NCBI RefSeq assembly: GCF_009914755.1
Contig: NC_060928.1
DNA from: the human T2T-CHM13v2.0 reference genome, Homo sapiens
Length of the DNA stretch: 64,000 nucleotides
Direction: 5' to 3' (one strand)
This document shows, in pieces, positions 36,280 through 61,783 of the stretch; within the stretch, counting starts at the first letter, position 1, and every line of letters starts with the position of its first letter. A model generated the notes under the pieces. That model did no database searches, was not told where the DNA came from, and was given only the letters and a program-made list of their open reading frames with translations. The position numbers were made by a program, and so were the translations under genes.

Positions 36280-36828
36280 TTAAATTTTAAAATTGTATAA
36301 ACCTTTTTCTCTACTCCCTTCATCCTGAAGTTCCCTTCCAAACTAAGTCCAGAGGAGTCTTCCAGACTTGTGTTTGTGTGTGGTGGAGGAGACTTCTGGA
36401 GAGGGGGCAGTAAGGTTATATTTTAAATACCCCAGGCTCATCTTAGTTCTTACTGAAACCTCTAGCCAACCTAGGAGCCACATACAAAACTCAAGAAGCT
36501 GATGACTGGTACTTGTACTTCATGGTGCTCCAGATGGAGACAGGGATCTAGAATATGGCTTCAGTTTATTTCTCGTGAGTTTATCTCCAATGGTGAAGTG
36601 GAGCAGAATATGCCACTGTAGAATAAAAGTTAATTTGAGCTGAAGGCATTTGAGAATCAACAGATGACAGAGAGGCTTGTTTTCTCAACTCCCTTATCTA
36701 CCTAAAAGCAGAGTCTCCCAAACGAACTCAATCATCTTAAGTCCCCTCCCTAGGAGTTTCACAAAGAGGGAAGATTGACTCTTGTCGCCAGAGCCAAGAA
36801 GCCAGCTTCAGGATAAGAGATCGCCTAA

Positions 36829-37681
<853 letters not shown>

Positions 37682-37795
37682 TGAATAAAAATTTGTCTTT
37701 TCTTTCATCAGTCTGTCTTCTGTCAAGTTTAGTTCACAAGCCTCAGCACTGAATCTAAGTGGGTAAAGTTTTTCATCTCTGCCAGGGTCAACTTC

Positions 37796-38445
<650 letters not shown>

Positions 38446-38666
38446 GCCCTGTTACATTACCGCTCTATCCTATTACTATGTTTTAGTCTCCTCATAGCAC
38501 TTCTCACTGTGTCCATTTCTGTTTACCTGTTTTGCCTGCCCCACTAGAACATGAACTTCCCAGGGGCAGAGACGTTAGAAGCTTTTTCTTCACTGCACCC
38601 CCAGCACTTTAAGCACAGTACCTCACACATAACAGGTGCTCAGTATGAATGAGTGGATAACAATAG

Positions 38667-38997
<331 letters not shown>

Positions 38998-39095
38998 ATC
39001 CAATAGACAGCATTTATTGGGCACTTACTATATGTCAGGCACATGCAGTATGTCTTTTAATTCTTGAGATAACCTTGTTGGATGGATACCATTTC

Positions 39096-39655
<560 letters not shown>

Positions 39656-40664
39656 CTATTACTGTTACCTTTTTCAGATGAGAAAACTGAAGAACATAGA
39701 GATTAAGTACTTCTGCCATTAGAAAGTAAAAGAGCCAGGATGTGAACACTGGGAGTCTGATTCTTATGCTCGTTCTCTTAACTACTATGCTATGCTACCT
39801 CTCTGTGGGTGAACAGACAGAAAAGATAACAGGAGAGTTTACTGCAAAAAGTTTTCTTCTTCCAACTGGATAATACATAAGAATTTTCTGAGGACACTAT
39901 CCACTTAAGGTCTCGATATTTTCTTTTGGAACAACTGGCAGAGTTTGGGAGGTGAGTAACAAAGTCCCAAATCTGACGACTTGGCAGAGAAGTACTGTAT
40001 CCTTATGGTGAACTGGGGAGGTGCCATTCAGCTCTGCAGGACTTTCACAGAATGTAGAAAAAGACAGTTGCTTTATTCTATAACTCTTCATTCTGGCTGC
40101 TCCACACAGTTTTGGCAGACACGAAGTATCTGCTTCATGCCTATCTTGACAGCCGTACCTCCATTAATACTCTGAAAAATTCATATTTCAAGGACACATT
40201 TCAAAAAACATGGATCTAGGTGATCTGAACATTGGAAATATGATAGCTGAAGTGCTTTTAGTTCTAAATAGAGAAGGCATAATGTGAACTAAAAGTTTAC
40301 ACTTGCAACCTGGCTTGGTTAGGGCCATGAAAAGCACAATTTCTAAAAGTATGGATTTATTTTGCAAGGAAAAGGAAAGTGTATTTCTCAGTGTACATGA
40401 CAGGTTAGCACTAGACAAACTTGCCAAATAACAAGAATCACCCAGGAAGCTTGTGGAAAGCACAAATCCCCAGTCCCATCCTGGACCCACTAAAACTGAA
40501 TCTCCAGAGTGGAGTACTGGTAACCAATATTTTTAACATGTTTCATAGATTCTTATTATCAGGCAAGTTTGAGAAGCATTGTAACAGGAGATAGCATAGA
40601 GCCATGTGTCCATTTCAACGTATTCCTAGTCTCAGATACCACTGTCTCTTGCCTGATTTATTAT

Positions 40665-41423
<759 letters not shown>

Positions 41424-41786
41424 TAATGGTTTCCCATTCTCCTTAAAAATAAAATCTGGGAGCCTGCAAGTCCTGTGTCCTCCAGCCTCACCTTGGGCTC
41501 TCTCCCTATTGCTTGTTCAACTCTCGCCACACTGGCCCTCATCCAAGTTCTCAGCCGTGAAGCTCTCCTGGCACCTGCCCACTGTCACCTCCCACCTCTC
41601 TCCATTTCACTCCAAGGCTGTTGGCCTCAGCTTCAACGAGGCGTGCTCATGGTGGCTTCATGACCCCATTACCCTTCTCTCCCGCTTAGGAAATCAAGTC
41701 TAGCTAGTCTATCTCTGTTTAGCAGTATCATGGTATCCCATTTTTCTTTCGCAGCACTTGTCACAATTGTAATTAATAAATTAGAA

Positions 41787-42550
<764 letters not shown>

Positions 42551-44154
42551 AATGGGCCTAGTAGAGAAAAAAAGAGATGAAATTCATTTTAAGTAAGTTA
42601 GAAGAGCACAGTAATACTTGGCACAGAAGTATTGGGCATGTTCAAAAAGCATTACATGTGCTGTGGAAAGGAGAAAATGTCAGATACACAGAAAGACTGG
42701 AAACTCTTTTGAGTCCTTTTACTTTCTGTACATACATGCCTTGGATTGTTTTCCAAAGTCAACACTTGACAGAGATTGAGGAAGAAGTAGGAAGGCTCTT
42801 TTGTACCAGTATGTTCAACATTCCTCAAAGGAAGTGTGAAGATGAAGAATCAGGAGGAGAAAAGACAGCTTGACTTCTGTATCATTCAGGAGAATAATGG
42901 CAAAACACCTAGCAATGAAAAAAGCCATTAGCATGTGCTTTTCAGTCATGTTCACTCTGCTGCCACCTCTCAGAAAAAGCTCAGGATGGCATTGTGTTTG
43001 AAGTAAACTGTTTTAATTAATTACTTAAAAAATTAGATGTGTCATTTTATATATATATATATATGTAAAATAAGCTTGCTTAAAATATATATATATATAT
43101 ATTTTAAGCAAGCTTATTAGGAAAGTAAAGGAATAAAAGAATGGCTGCTCCATGGGCAGAGCAGTGATCATTATATCCTTAAGGCCTATTTTTTCTCCCT
43201 AGAATCAAAGTTCAAAGTTCTATAAGCTAGGGCCTGTATCTAACCTTATCCCACTTATCCTAGCATCTAGTCCAGGGTCTGGCATACAATAGAGTCTCAA
43301 TAAATACTTAACAAATAGATGTCAATTTTAGTAATTAGTGGATAGCAATCACAGCTACAAATTATTGCCTCTTCCCACCATGTGATTGGCATACGCTGGG
43401 TACTTGGATTTACATCTCTCCTATCTTCATATCAGCAGGGTAGATATTATCTCCATTTTCACAGAAGAAAACTGAGACTCAGAAGGTTGTATGATTTGCC
43501 CAAGTCCACAAAGCTGCTTTGGGGTAGAACCAGGACAAGTTTCCCGTCTGTTTCTGTTTTACTCTAAAATCTGTGCCCCTTCCATTCTGAGTGACTGCTT
43601 TGAGGGCTACCTGATGTGCCATTGTTTTCTACCCTCTTCTCAAAGGGTAGAAAGGCACTACCAAGACAGTCTCTGCTAACATAGAGTTAAGACAAAGCTC
43701 CTTGCACATTTGACTGAGAATGACAGCATCAGCTGATTTTCCTGGAGAAAGTCTATGTTTGAAAATCATAGTGAAATGGAACAATCTTTTTAAAAAGCCA
43801 TCTATGCAGCAGCATTCAGCTGACATATTATAGTTCCTTTTTATGTGGAAGAAGTCCAGAAATGTCAATAAGTCTCTAGGTAAGTAGGTACAGAAATAAT
43901 GGGTGACACTGCAATAACAGACATGGCACATAGGGGTGCCCACGCCTCCAGGCAGCTTTCCAGGAAACAGCTTCACTGGGAACTGGCAGGCCTTAGGAGC
44001 CATGCGGCTGCCAAGTTCTTGCCCAGTGAGAGACCTTTCTTCCTGGCTTGTCCCTGAGACTGCAGGGACATGGAAGCAGACCAGAAGCAGCAAAAGTTGT
44101 ACAGTATGTGTGTTCAACTTTTAAAAGTAGAAGTAAAGTGGGTATTTAATTTAA

Positions 44155-44792
<638 letters not shown>

Positions 44793-45894
44793 CGTAAACT
44801 TTTAAAAAAGTTTAGTATACTGAGGTTTTCATGGCATTTAATATTTGTAGTCTTGAACCTTTAAATACCACTCCTTCCCCTTTAGTTTTCCTGATTATAA
44901 AGATACGTGGTATGATTTATAGCAAGGAGAAAATTGGTACTGTAAAAACCAGAATCACGCTTCCTTTGCGAAAGAGGGCTACTGTGGAAAGCAAAATGCC
45001 TAAGGCTTCTGGATATGAAATTGTAAGCTTCGGGGCAGGGTCTTAAATGGGCAGGGTGAGTGACTGAATTGCGCCCCCTGGAAAAGAGGAAGAGCATTCT
45101 TGCTCTGGAGATGGAGGGCTCAAGGAGGAGAGACCAGGGGAAAGAAGAGAGAGATGAGATGAGCCTGCAGAGAAGAAAAGGTCAAGGAATCTTTCCATTA
45201 TTCCATTCTGATTTGCTTGATTTGATACAGTCATGTAGACCCTTTATGCCACCAAGTCTTAGGCAAGTGTATCATACACACACACTGTATTTATCATGTC
45301 ACTGTTTTGTGGAAATCGTGAGAACAGGGCTGAATTCCACACCTGTGTCCCCAGGAAGAGTGAAACTGGGATTTTGCAGGCGTGGGAAAGTGAAGCAGAG
45401 ATGGTAAGGAGAAAACAGCAACCTCGGCCATGCCTGGGAACCATTGGCTTCTGGATCCTGTGTAGGACTTCTCCCAAAATGCAGAAGGGGGTTTATAGAC
45501 ACTATTTCCTGGATTTTGACGGGGCAAGATGACATTTGGGTTGCATCGGTGGAGTTTCCCAGGCCTGTCTCTTGTATTCATCATTGGTACCTCTTTTCTT
45601 TTTCGGGAAACTGTGGTAGAGGGAAGAGGAGTTTTGGAGACAGGCTAACCTGAATTTGCAACCAATCTCTGTTTCTGTTGCTTAACCTATTTGAGCCACT
45701 TAGTTTTTCAGCCATAAAAAAAAGTCTCACAGGACACAGGATTGTGAAGAGGCTTAAATTAAAAGACATCTCATACACAGGTTAAAAATTCAGGTCTTAA
45801 CGCCAAAGTGCTTGATTCAAATCCTGGCTCTACCATCTGCTAGCCATGTGAATTTGGATAAGTTATTCAATTTCCTCTTATAAAAAATGGGGCA

Positions 45895-46150
45895 GCTGGG
45901 CGTGGTGGTTCACGCCTGTAATCCTAGCACTTTGGGAGGCCAAGGTGGGCCAATTACTCGAGGTCAGAAGTTTGAGACCAGGCTGGCCAACATGGTAGAG
46001 AAATCCCGTGTCTACTAAAAATATAAAAATTAGCCAGTGTGGTGGCCTACGCCGGCAGGAGAATCACTCGAACCTGGGAGGCGGAGGTTGCAGTGAGCAG
46101 AGAGCACATCACTGCACTTCAGTCTGGGCAACAGAGTGAGACTGTGTCTC

Positions 46151-46180
<30 letters not shown>
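45895..46180 (+). mobile_element. Alu (S-type) with right-arm deletion, inserted in a MIR
   Basis: Alu consensus, TSD AAAATGGGGCA. Confidence 0.9.
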
Positions 46181-46181
<1 letters not shown>

Positions 46182-46254
46182 TGGGGCAAATCAGTGCATC
46201 TAGCTTCCATGTTGTTGGTAGTGTCAAATGAGATAATATAGTAAAGCACTTTAG

Positions 46255-46989
46255 TGTAATTGCCAGACAAGTTCTTCTTGCCCACTGCACAGATAAACCC
46301 AATTCACTGAGACACGTTATTGCAGTAGAGAAATAATTTAATTATTGCAAGGCAGCTGAACAGGAAGACGGGATTTATTATTCAAATTCACTTCCATGAA
46401 GGCTCAGAGGTTAGGATTTTTCAGGAATAGTTTGGTGGACATGGGGACATTAGGGAATGGGTGCTGTTGTTTTGTCGGGGATGCAATCATAGGGGTGTGG
46501 AAAAACATGGAGTACTCCTCTGGGTGGAGTCCTGAGTCATAGGTTTGGGTGGAATTGGTCAGTAGCCAGAAGGCAGGAGTCTGAAAAAGCATCTCAAAAT
46601 ATCAGTCTTAGGTTCTACATTAATGATGTTATCTATAGGAGCATTTGGGGAAGTCTCAGATCTTGTGACCTCCAGCACAGTAAAGGATTATAGCAAGGCA
46701 TGCTATGCCTACATTTTAGCAGAACTCAGGCCCCTCCCATAAACCTTTGGGGGCTTTCATTAGTTTTACAAAGGTGGTTTCAGTTCCTGAGCAAGGAGGG
46801 GGTTAGTTTTAGGGAGGGACTGTTATCATCCTTGCTTCAAAGTTAAACTGTAAACTAAATTCTTCCTATGGTTAGTTTGCCCTATGCCCAGGAATGAGTG
46901 AGGACAGCCAGCTTGTGGGGCTAGAAGCAAGATGGAGTCAGCCATGCTAGACTTTTCCCATTATCATAATCTTTGCAAAGGCAGTTTCA
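46255..46989 (-). mobile_element. LTR8-family (ERV1) solo LTR
   Basis: Minus strand begins TGAAACTGCCTTTGCAAAGATTATG...GGCTGACTCCATCTTGCTTCTAGCC and ends ...CA; splits a MIR. Confidence 0.85.
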
Positions 46990-47287
46990 ATCATGTCTGG
47001 TATTACAGCAAGTGCTTAATAAGTGGCAGCTATTATTGTTATTATTATGTATGTAAAATGTCTGGTTTGGTAAGACATCGATTAATGACTTTTGCACTTT
47101 CATTTTATTGAAATATAAGAGCTGTGAATTCCCATGCTACCCACACCTCTTTTTCCCAGAAGAATTAACTAAAAGAGACTCAACCGATCACTTATGTTAG
47201 TTATGAAGGTTCATAGAAGCTTAAAAAACACCTCTGCATTTTTTAAAAATAAAGATTTCTGACCAAAGAAGTTTAAAATGTTGTTGA

Positions 47288-47585
47288 GCCTGGGCACGGT
47301 GGCTCACGCCTGTAATCCCAGCACTTTGGGAGGCCGAGGCGGGCAGATCACGAGGTCAGGAGATCAAGACCATCCTGGCTAACACGGTGAAACCCTGTCT
47401 CTACTAAAAATACAAAAAAATTAGCCGGGCGTGGTGGCGGGTGCCTGTGGTCCCAGCTACCTGGGAGGCTGAGGCAGGAGAATGGCGTGAACCCGGGAGG
47501 CAGAGCTTGCTTGCGGTAAGCTGAGATGGCGCCACTGCACTCCAGCCTGGGGGACAGAGCGAGACCCTGTCTCAAAAAAAAAAAA
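47288..47585 (+). mobile_element. AluY
   Basis: ATCACGAGGTCAGGAGATC, ATGGCGTGAACCCGGG; TSD AAAATGTTG. Confidence 0.95.
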
Positions 47586-47890
47586 TGTTGATACATACAT
47601 ATATTTTATTTGGAAAAAAAAAGGTACTGTGAGTTCTAAGAGATATACTCCGTGTTTTTCTTTGCACTTCAACAATCTCCTTGTCATTTGTCCTCTAATG
47701 CAGAATCTTCGACCTGCCAGTGTGCATCCTCTCCCTGTGGACAGCACACTCTGCCTTTTCATGCTACTCAGTTTTCCTCACACTTCGTTCTGTTTTCCTA
47801 GTACTGCTTCAGGTTGATAGCATCTTTCCGTGGTATTTGAGGCATATACCCGAATGCCAGGATTTTGAATGTCATACTAAATAAAGAGGA

Positions 47891-48572
<682 letters not shown>

Positions 48573-49624
48573 TGATTGTGAGGAGCTCTGCTGAGATATA
48601 GAATAGCTTGGTGTGAGAGTTCAGACTTTAGAGTTAGAGGGCTTGGGTTCAAGTCCTGACTCTGAGCTTACTTTTGTGGCCTTGATCAAATCACTTAGTT
48701 TTTCTCTTTTTTGGTTTCGTTCGGTAAAATAGGGTAGCTGGCTCTGCAGGGAAGGAGGGTAAATAAATTAATAATCCTGACGAATGGTAAATATGTTGGT
48801 TCTTATTGGTAATGTGCTAGGCTATTTTAGTGAATTATTTCTGACCCAAACCAGTTTCCCACCTCCAGTTTCAGGAAGATAATAAACCTAATAGTGCTGA
48901 ATTACCAGGACGTGTGTAGGGCTAGTGGTTGATTTTATTCCTTATCCCTGAATGTGCATCACCCTGCACTTTGCTGTAATCTTGAATTAAAGTGGTTCTG
49001 AGCCTCCTAATAGTAACTCATTATTGACAGCTTTAGCTTTCTTGAGAGGTCTCATGAGACATCTGAAACTCCTTCTGCCTGGAGCTGGAGCCAGGAAGCT
49101 TGGATTCTAGTCCCTATTCCTCACTTCCTATGGGGGATTGGCAGCAAGGCAATTCACTTTCCTGAGCTTGTTTTTATAGATTGGGTAAGATTCAGATGAC
49201 ATTTTACATGAAATGATTTTTAAGTTGGGGAATGTGCAAAAGATAAGCTATTGTGTGATATGTTGATAATAATGGTAACAGTAGTAAGTGCACTTATTTT
49301 ATTAGTAGGTGTGACCTCAAGGCTTACCTAGAGTGTGTTTTTAGTTCTTTTAGTCCTCATAATGCTGAAGATCCTAGGCATAGGATTCTTTACCATTTAC
49401 AGTGGTGGCAGTATTTGGGCAAGATATTATATAGAAGAAAGATTATAAAATGTATGTTAGTCAAATGTTGCTAATTATTTGCCATGATATATAACTTGAA
49501 GAAGGAAGATAGAGTTTTGGGGAGATTATTATGTGGAGTTAGACTAACCATGTGCTTTCTGGATAACTTTGGAGAGAGTAGAGGGGGCATATAGGCATTA
49601 TATTTATAGATCATTTGTAAATTT

Positions 49625-49922
49625 TAAAATTTTTATTAGAGACAAGGTCTCACTTTGTTGCCCAGGCTGGAGTGTAGTGACATGATCATAGCTCACTGCA
49701 GCCTCGACCTCTGGGCTCAAGTGATCCTCCCACCTCAGCCTCCTGAGTAGCTGGGACTACAGGTGCATGCCACAACACCTGGCTAATTTTTACAATTTTT
49801 TTTGTAGAGATGGGGGTCTCACTTTGTTGCTCAGGCAGGTTTCAAACTCCTGGGCTCAAGTGACCCTCCTGCCTTGGTCTCCCAAGTGCTGGGATTACAG
49901 GCATGAGCCACTGTACCTGGCT
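49625..49922 (-). mobile_element. Alu (J-type)
   Basis: Alu consensus. Confidence 0.9.
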
Positions 49923-50047
49923 CTACAGATTCTTTCATGCTCAAAAATAAATGAAAATACACTCTCCTTTATTTCCAGATGTACTTTTTTCTTGATCCTT
50001 GAACTACTTTCTTATTTTGTACCTCAGTAAACACACTTAGTGATTAG

Positions 50048-50663
<616 letters not shown>

Positions 50664-50948
50664 TAAAGATCTACCACTGAAAAATAGTAAAATCTACCAT
50701 TTATTCTATAGTTAAAATCTACCATTGAAAATGAATTTGTGCAGAAACAAATTCATTTTCAATTGTAACTGAACCTCTGTTAAACTCTAGTTGGAATGTA
50801 ATTACTCACTAAGAAAACCTTGATTCAGGGCTTAAAAACCAGGTAGATAATATACAAGCACTTTTTCTTCACTTTCAGAACCATTAGTTCAAGAACTATT
50901 TAATGTTTCTTTTCAGTTTTCCCCATAACACTTTCTTTGTGCCACTAA

Positions 50949-51428
<480 letters not shown>

Positions 51429-51521
51429 TGACTTAAAGCGTGAGGGTGGGAGAGATAGGTTGAGAAAGATAGAAGGAGAAAAATATTAAACAAATTTCAC
51501 CTTTAGAATATAATGAAATAC

Positions 51522-51816
<295 letters not shown>

Positions 51817-52166
51817 CAATAATTTTATATTAATTGAATTTTTAGAACTTGCTCTCAATTTGACAGAGTTGACTTTATAGGATATAATATTACTATTTTA
51901 AAAAAGAACCTAAACAATTCATTTAATTTTACATTTTAATTAAATTTTTAATTTTAAATTTTAAAAGTTAAGAATTCATTAACACTCAGGCAAGTCCCTT
52001 AGATGAGGCCACTGGAAGATCTAAGCCTAGCTCTGCTCAGGGCGGCTCCTGCAAAGGCTGTTTTCATTAAAGCCAGTTTTCATTAGATGAGTCTCCTGGG
52101 GCAATATATTTGTTTAGAGTTTATTATTTTAATTGAAATATAAATCTTTACATAGTTAGCACCTAG

Positions 52167-52553
<387 letters not shown>

Positions 52554-53642
52554 TAATTCTTGCATTATTTGGATCTGGGACTTGTAGAAACATTTTGTTT
52601 GTTTATTTACTTGCTTTTTGATACATTTTCTTAAAAACAGAAAATTATTTGAAAGATAAGATGTATGTGTAGAGAAGATATATTTCAAATAAGTGCATTA
52701 GATTTGAGGTCACTGACATGAGGGGAAAGACTTGCAGCTGCAATTCTTTATTATGTGTGAGCTTATAAGGAAACTGGGCTCAAGGGCATTGAAGGATACA
52801 TAACTTTCCTTGGCATTCAGGGTCTGCCCTCTGTTGGTGATATGTGCATAAAAATACCTTTATCCCTCAGAATTCTGCACTAGATTGAAATAAATTTTAT
52901 CAATTAGGCATAGTGTATGGGAAGTCAGATGTGAATGAAGTAGAAAACCCTTTAAAAACTCAAACTTAAATTATAATTTTTCTCACTGTGGGATTTGCCG
53001 TTAATGCAGAAAGGATAGGGATAAAGTTAAAGAAAAATAGACAAATTACAGACCTTTTTCAATTTCACAATTAGAAGAAGTAATTTAAAAATCTTGAATC
53101 AAATGAGGGATTGGACATTTTCATTGATGCAGGAGTAAAGGCCACTCCATTTTCTCCATGCATTGAATACACTATTTGATTTTACATAAATGTGTCTTGA
53201 TCCTTTTTGTAAACCAGTTACTCGCTAATAGTAAACCTAGCAGTCTTGTTAATTATTAATGAGACTCTAAATATTCAGAGAGATAACTTTTTTAGTTCAT
53301 TGCATAATACTGCCAATGTAAGGGTTTTAAATTTATAATGAAATTATAACTTCATGAAACAAAGTTATAATATAACTTTATTTAAAAATTAACATTAATG
53401 GGATTATTAAATAGTGTAAAAATACTAAAATTATATACTCTTTTGCATTGTTTTTATTTTTTATTCAACCTTTTCTTTGGCATTAAAAAACTAACATATG
53501 TGAGAAATCTTGGAGAAGAAAAATACATTTTTATATATTACTCTCTAGGTAGTAAATGCTACATCAGTGGGCTGTGGAATCTAACTGGGTTTACACATTG
53601 ACATTTTTGTAATTTAAAAACTGTCTTTGACAGTTTACAAGC

Positions 53643-53939
53643 ATGAGCACAGTGGCTTATGCTTGTAATCCCAGCACTTTGGGAGGCTGAGGCGGGCATA
53701 TCACTTAAGGTTGGGAGTTTGAGACCAGCCTGGCCAACATGGTGAAACCCCATCTCTACTAAAAATATAAAAATTAGCCAGATGTGGTGGTGCAGGCCTG
53801 TAGTCCCAGCTACTCAGGAGGCTGAGGCAGGAGAACGACTTGAACCTGGGAGGCAGAGGTTTTAGTGAGCCAAGATCACACCACTGCACTCCAGTCTGGG
53901 CAACAGAGTGAGACTCTGTCTCAAAAAAAAAAAAAAAAA
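53643..53939 (+). mobile_element. Alu (S-type)
   Basis: Alu consensus. Confidence 0.93.
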
Positions 53940-53969
53940 CATAAATTTAAAAGAACTATCTTTGTTTTT

Positions 53970-54850
<881 letters not shown>

Positions 54851-54855
54851 AAAGT

Positions 54856-55110
54856 GGGTATGGTGGCTCACGCCTGTAATCCTAGCACTTTGGGAAGCTG
54901 AGACCAGCCTGGCCAACATGGAGAAACCCCGTCTCTACTAAAAAATACAAAAGTTAGCCAGGCATGGTGGCAGGAGCCTGTAATCCCAGCTACTCAAGAG
55001 GCTGAGGCAGGAGAATCACTTGAACCCGGCAGGTGGAGGTTGCAGTGAGTGGAGATTGCACCACTGCACTACAGCCTGGGCAAGAGAGTGAGACTACGTC
55101 TCAAAAAAAA
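54856..55110 (+). mobile_element. Alu with left-arm deletion abutting the RCC2 retrocopy
   Basis: TTGGGAAGCTGAG joined to ACCAGCC. Confidence 0.9.
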
Positions 55111-58763
<3,653 letters not shown>

Positions 58764-58769
58764 TTGAGG

Positions 58770-59135
58770 AATTTTTAAAAGCTGATCTCATAGAAATAGA
58801 GTAGAAGAGTGGTTACCAGAGGGTCAGGAGGTCAGGATGGGGTGGGGTAGGTAGGAAGGATGGGGAAATGAGGAGAGGTTAGTGAACGGGTACAGGATTG
58901 CAGCTAGTTTGAAGAAATAAGGTCTAGTGTCCTATATTTGACTATAGTTGACAATATTGAATATTTCAAAATAATGAGAAGGTTTCGAATGTTCTTACTA
59001 CAAAGAAATGATAAATGTTTGAGATGAAGGTAAGCCAATTACCCTGATTTGATAATTTCACAATGTATACATGTATTTAAAGATCACACTGTGTCCCATA
59101 AGTATGCAAAATTATGGGTCAAAAATACAATAAAA
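58770..59135 (+). mobile_element. L1MA-type 3' end
   Basis: GCTGATCTCATAGAAATAGAGTAGAAGAGTGGTTACCAGAGG...ACCCTGATTTGAT...CACACTGTGTCCCATAAGTATG. Confidence 0.85.
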
Positions 59136-59179
59136 TGTAAGAAATCCCTGTCTTTGGAAATTACTATTTTTCTCTCTCT

Positions 59180-59474
<295 letters not shown>

Positions 59475-59840
59475 TGGAAATTACTATTTAAACTTAGGAG
59501 TTATCTATCTACTTATTTGTTGTCCCTGTTGTTTGACTTGTAGACTTTGGTACAGCCTGAAGTATAAAATTCCTATTGTTAACTACATAAAATCCTGTTA
59601 TTAATAAACAAACTCAAAAGAATACCAGAACAAAAGTTTCTTTATTATGAAGCCCTCTCTTTTTAAAAAGCATTCAGCAGAAACAAACAATATAGTGTAT
59701 GCCAGAATATCAGCATCACTTCTAGAAAATGACTCCAAGTTTCACAGCAGTTTACTGGGTTCCATGGTTTTGGGGAATAGAAAAGCAGGGTAGTACCTGT
59801 CATACCTGTATTCAGTTTCCTTCTTCTGCTGTATCCTCCC

Positions 59841-60135
<295 letters not shown>

Positions 60136-60149
60136 TATTGTATCCTCCT

Positions 60150-60430
60150 TTTATGAGTTGAAAGTGTCCCCTCAAAAGATGTTGAAGTTCTAACCCCTGG
60201 TACTTGTGCATATGACTTTATTTGGAAAATAGGATCTTTGCCAATGATCAAGTTAAGATGAGGTCATTTGGGTAGGCCCTAATCTAATATGATTGAGTCC
60301 TTACAAAAAGGGGAAATTTTGTCACAGAAACTGACCCTTAGAGAGAGAAGACAATGTGAATACACAGGGATAAGGCCATCTATTTAATACCAGCCAATGA
60401 ACCCTTGAGGCTCCCAGAAACTAAGAAGCC
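60150..60430 (+). mobile_element. MLT1-like MaLR LTR fragment
   Basis: TATGAGTTGAAAGTGTCCCC...GTTGAAGTTCTAACCCCTGGTAC...TGACTTTATTTGGAAAATAGG. Confidence 0.75.
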
Positions 60431-60451
60431 TTTCAAATAATCAAAATGCCA

Positions 60452-60758
60452 GGTTTTTTGTTTGTTTGTTTTGAGACAGAGTCTCACTCTGTCACCCAGG
60501 CTGGAGTGCAGTGGCATGATCTTGGCTCACTGCAACCTCCGCCTCCCAGGTCCAATCGATTCTCGTGCCTCAGCCTCCTGAGTAGCTAGGATTACAGGCG
60601 CGTGCCACTACACCCAGGTAATTTTTTTTCTTGTATTTTTAGTAGAGATGGGGTTTTGCCATGTTGGCCAGGCTGTTCTCAAACTCCTGGCCTCAAGTGA
60701 TCCATCTGCCTCAACTTCCCAAAGTGCTGGGATTACGAGTGTGAGCCACCACACTTGA
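60452..60758 (-). mobile_element. Alu (S-type)
   Basis: Full Alu, TSD AAAATGCCAG. Confidence 0.93.
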
Positions 60759-61481
60759 CAAAAATGCCAGTTTTCTGATTGTATGTTTACTTTTTGGTTT
60801 CCTGCATATACCCCAACATCCATATCTTTTACCTGCCCACCACGTTCCCATTTCTCTTTAAATCAGGTTTTGATTTTCTGAAAGTCTGAATGTTGAATTC
60901 ACTGGTGTCCTGGAATACACTGCAAATAATTCCTACTTGCATTTCACTGACATTAGGTTGCCTTTCCCTGGGTAGGTTCTGCTTGCTTAAATTGTACATG
61001 TAAAGGTAACCTCAGCACTTTAGAGGACATATACAGTATGAATTCAAAATATAATTACTTTTAGGAGAGTACATAGAAGTACTCTGAACCATGGAGTACC
61101 ACTAAATGGAAGCTTTTATTACAATTACCAATTTTACATGATACATGCAGTTATATATACTCTGATTCCTATCTCCTCCCTTACTGTGAAAGGGCTGGTT
61201 ACATTCAGGAGAATGTGAAGGTCATTTCACCACAAAACACTCTAACTCAGAGTATTGAAGTATTAACTAGATTTATTCTGAGTATCAGTTTTTTCTTATG
61301 CATCCCTTTTCATTATCTGATTCACATCTCTCATGAGTGATGTTAATGTAAATGGTTGAATATTCTCAGAGTATAGTAAATATAACAACATAGCACCTTA
61401 ATCTCACAATAAGGTTATTTTTTCTGTCTTAATTTTATCTTGTTTTATCCTTATATATTTTGGAATATGGATCAGCAGCTT

Positions 61482-61783
61482 TCTTTTTTTTTTTTTTGAG
61501 ACAGAGTCTTGCTGCTCTGTTGACCAGGCTGGAGTGCAGTGGCATGATCACAGCTTACAGCGGCCTCAACCTCCTGGGCTCAAGTGATCCTCCCACCTCA
61601 GCCACCTGAGTAGCTGAGATTACAGGCATGAGCTACCACACCTGGCTAATTTTTACATTATTGGTAGAGATGGAGTCTCACTATGTTGCCCAGTCCGGTC
61701 TCAAATTCCTGAGTTCAAGCAATCCTCCCACCTTGGCCTCCCAAGGTCCTGGGATTTCAGGTGTGAGCATTAGTTCCAGCCAG
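61482..61783 (-). mobile_element. Alu (J-type)
   Basis: Alu consensus. Confidence 0.9.

Noticed and set aside
43629-44117. 162-aa minus-strand ORF with a signal-peptide-like start
   Set aside because: Non-ATG start, no domain and no supporting exon structure
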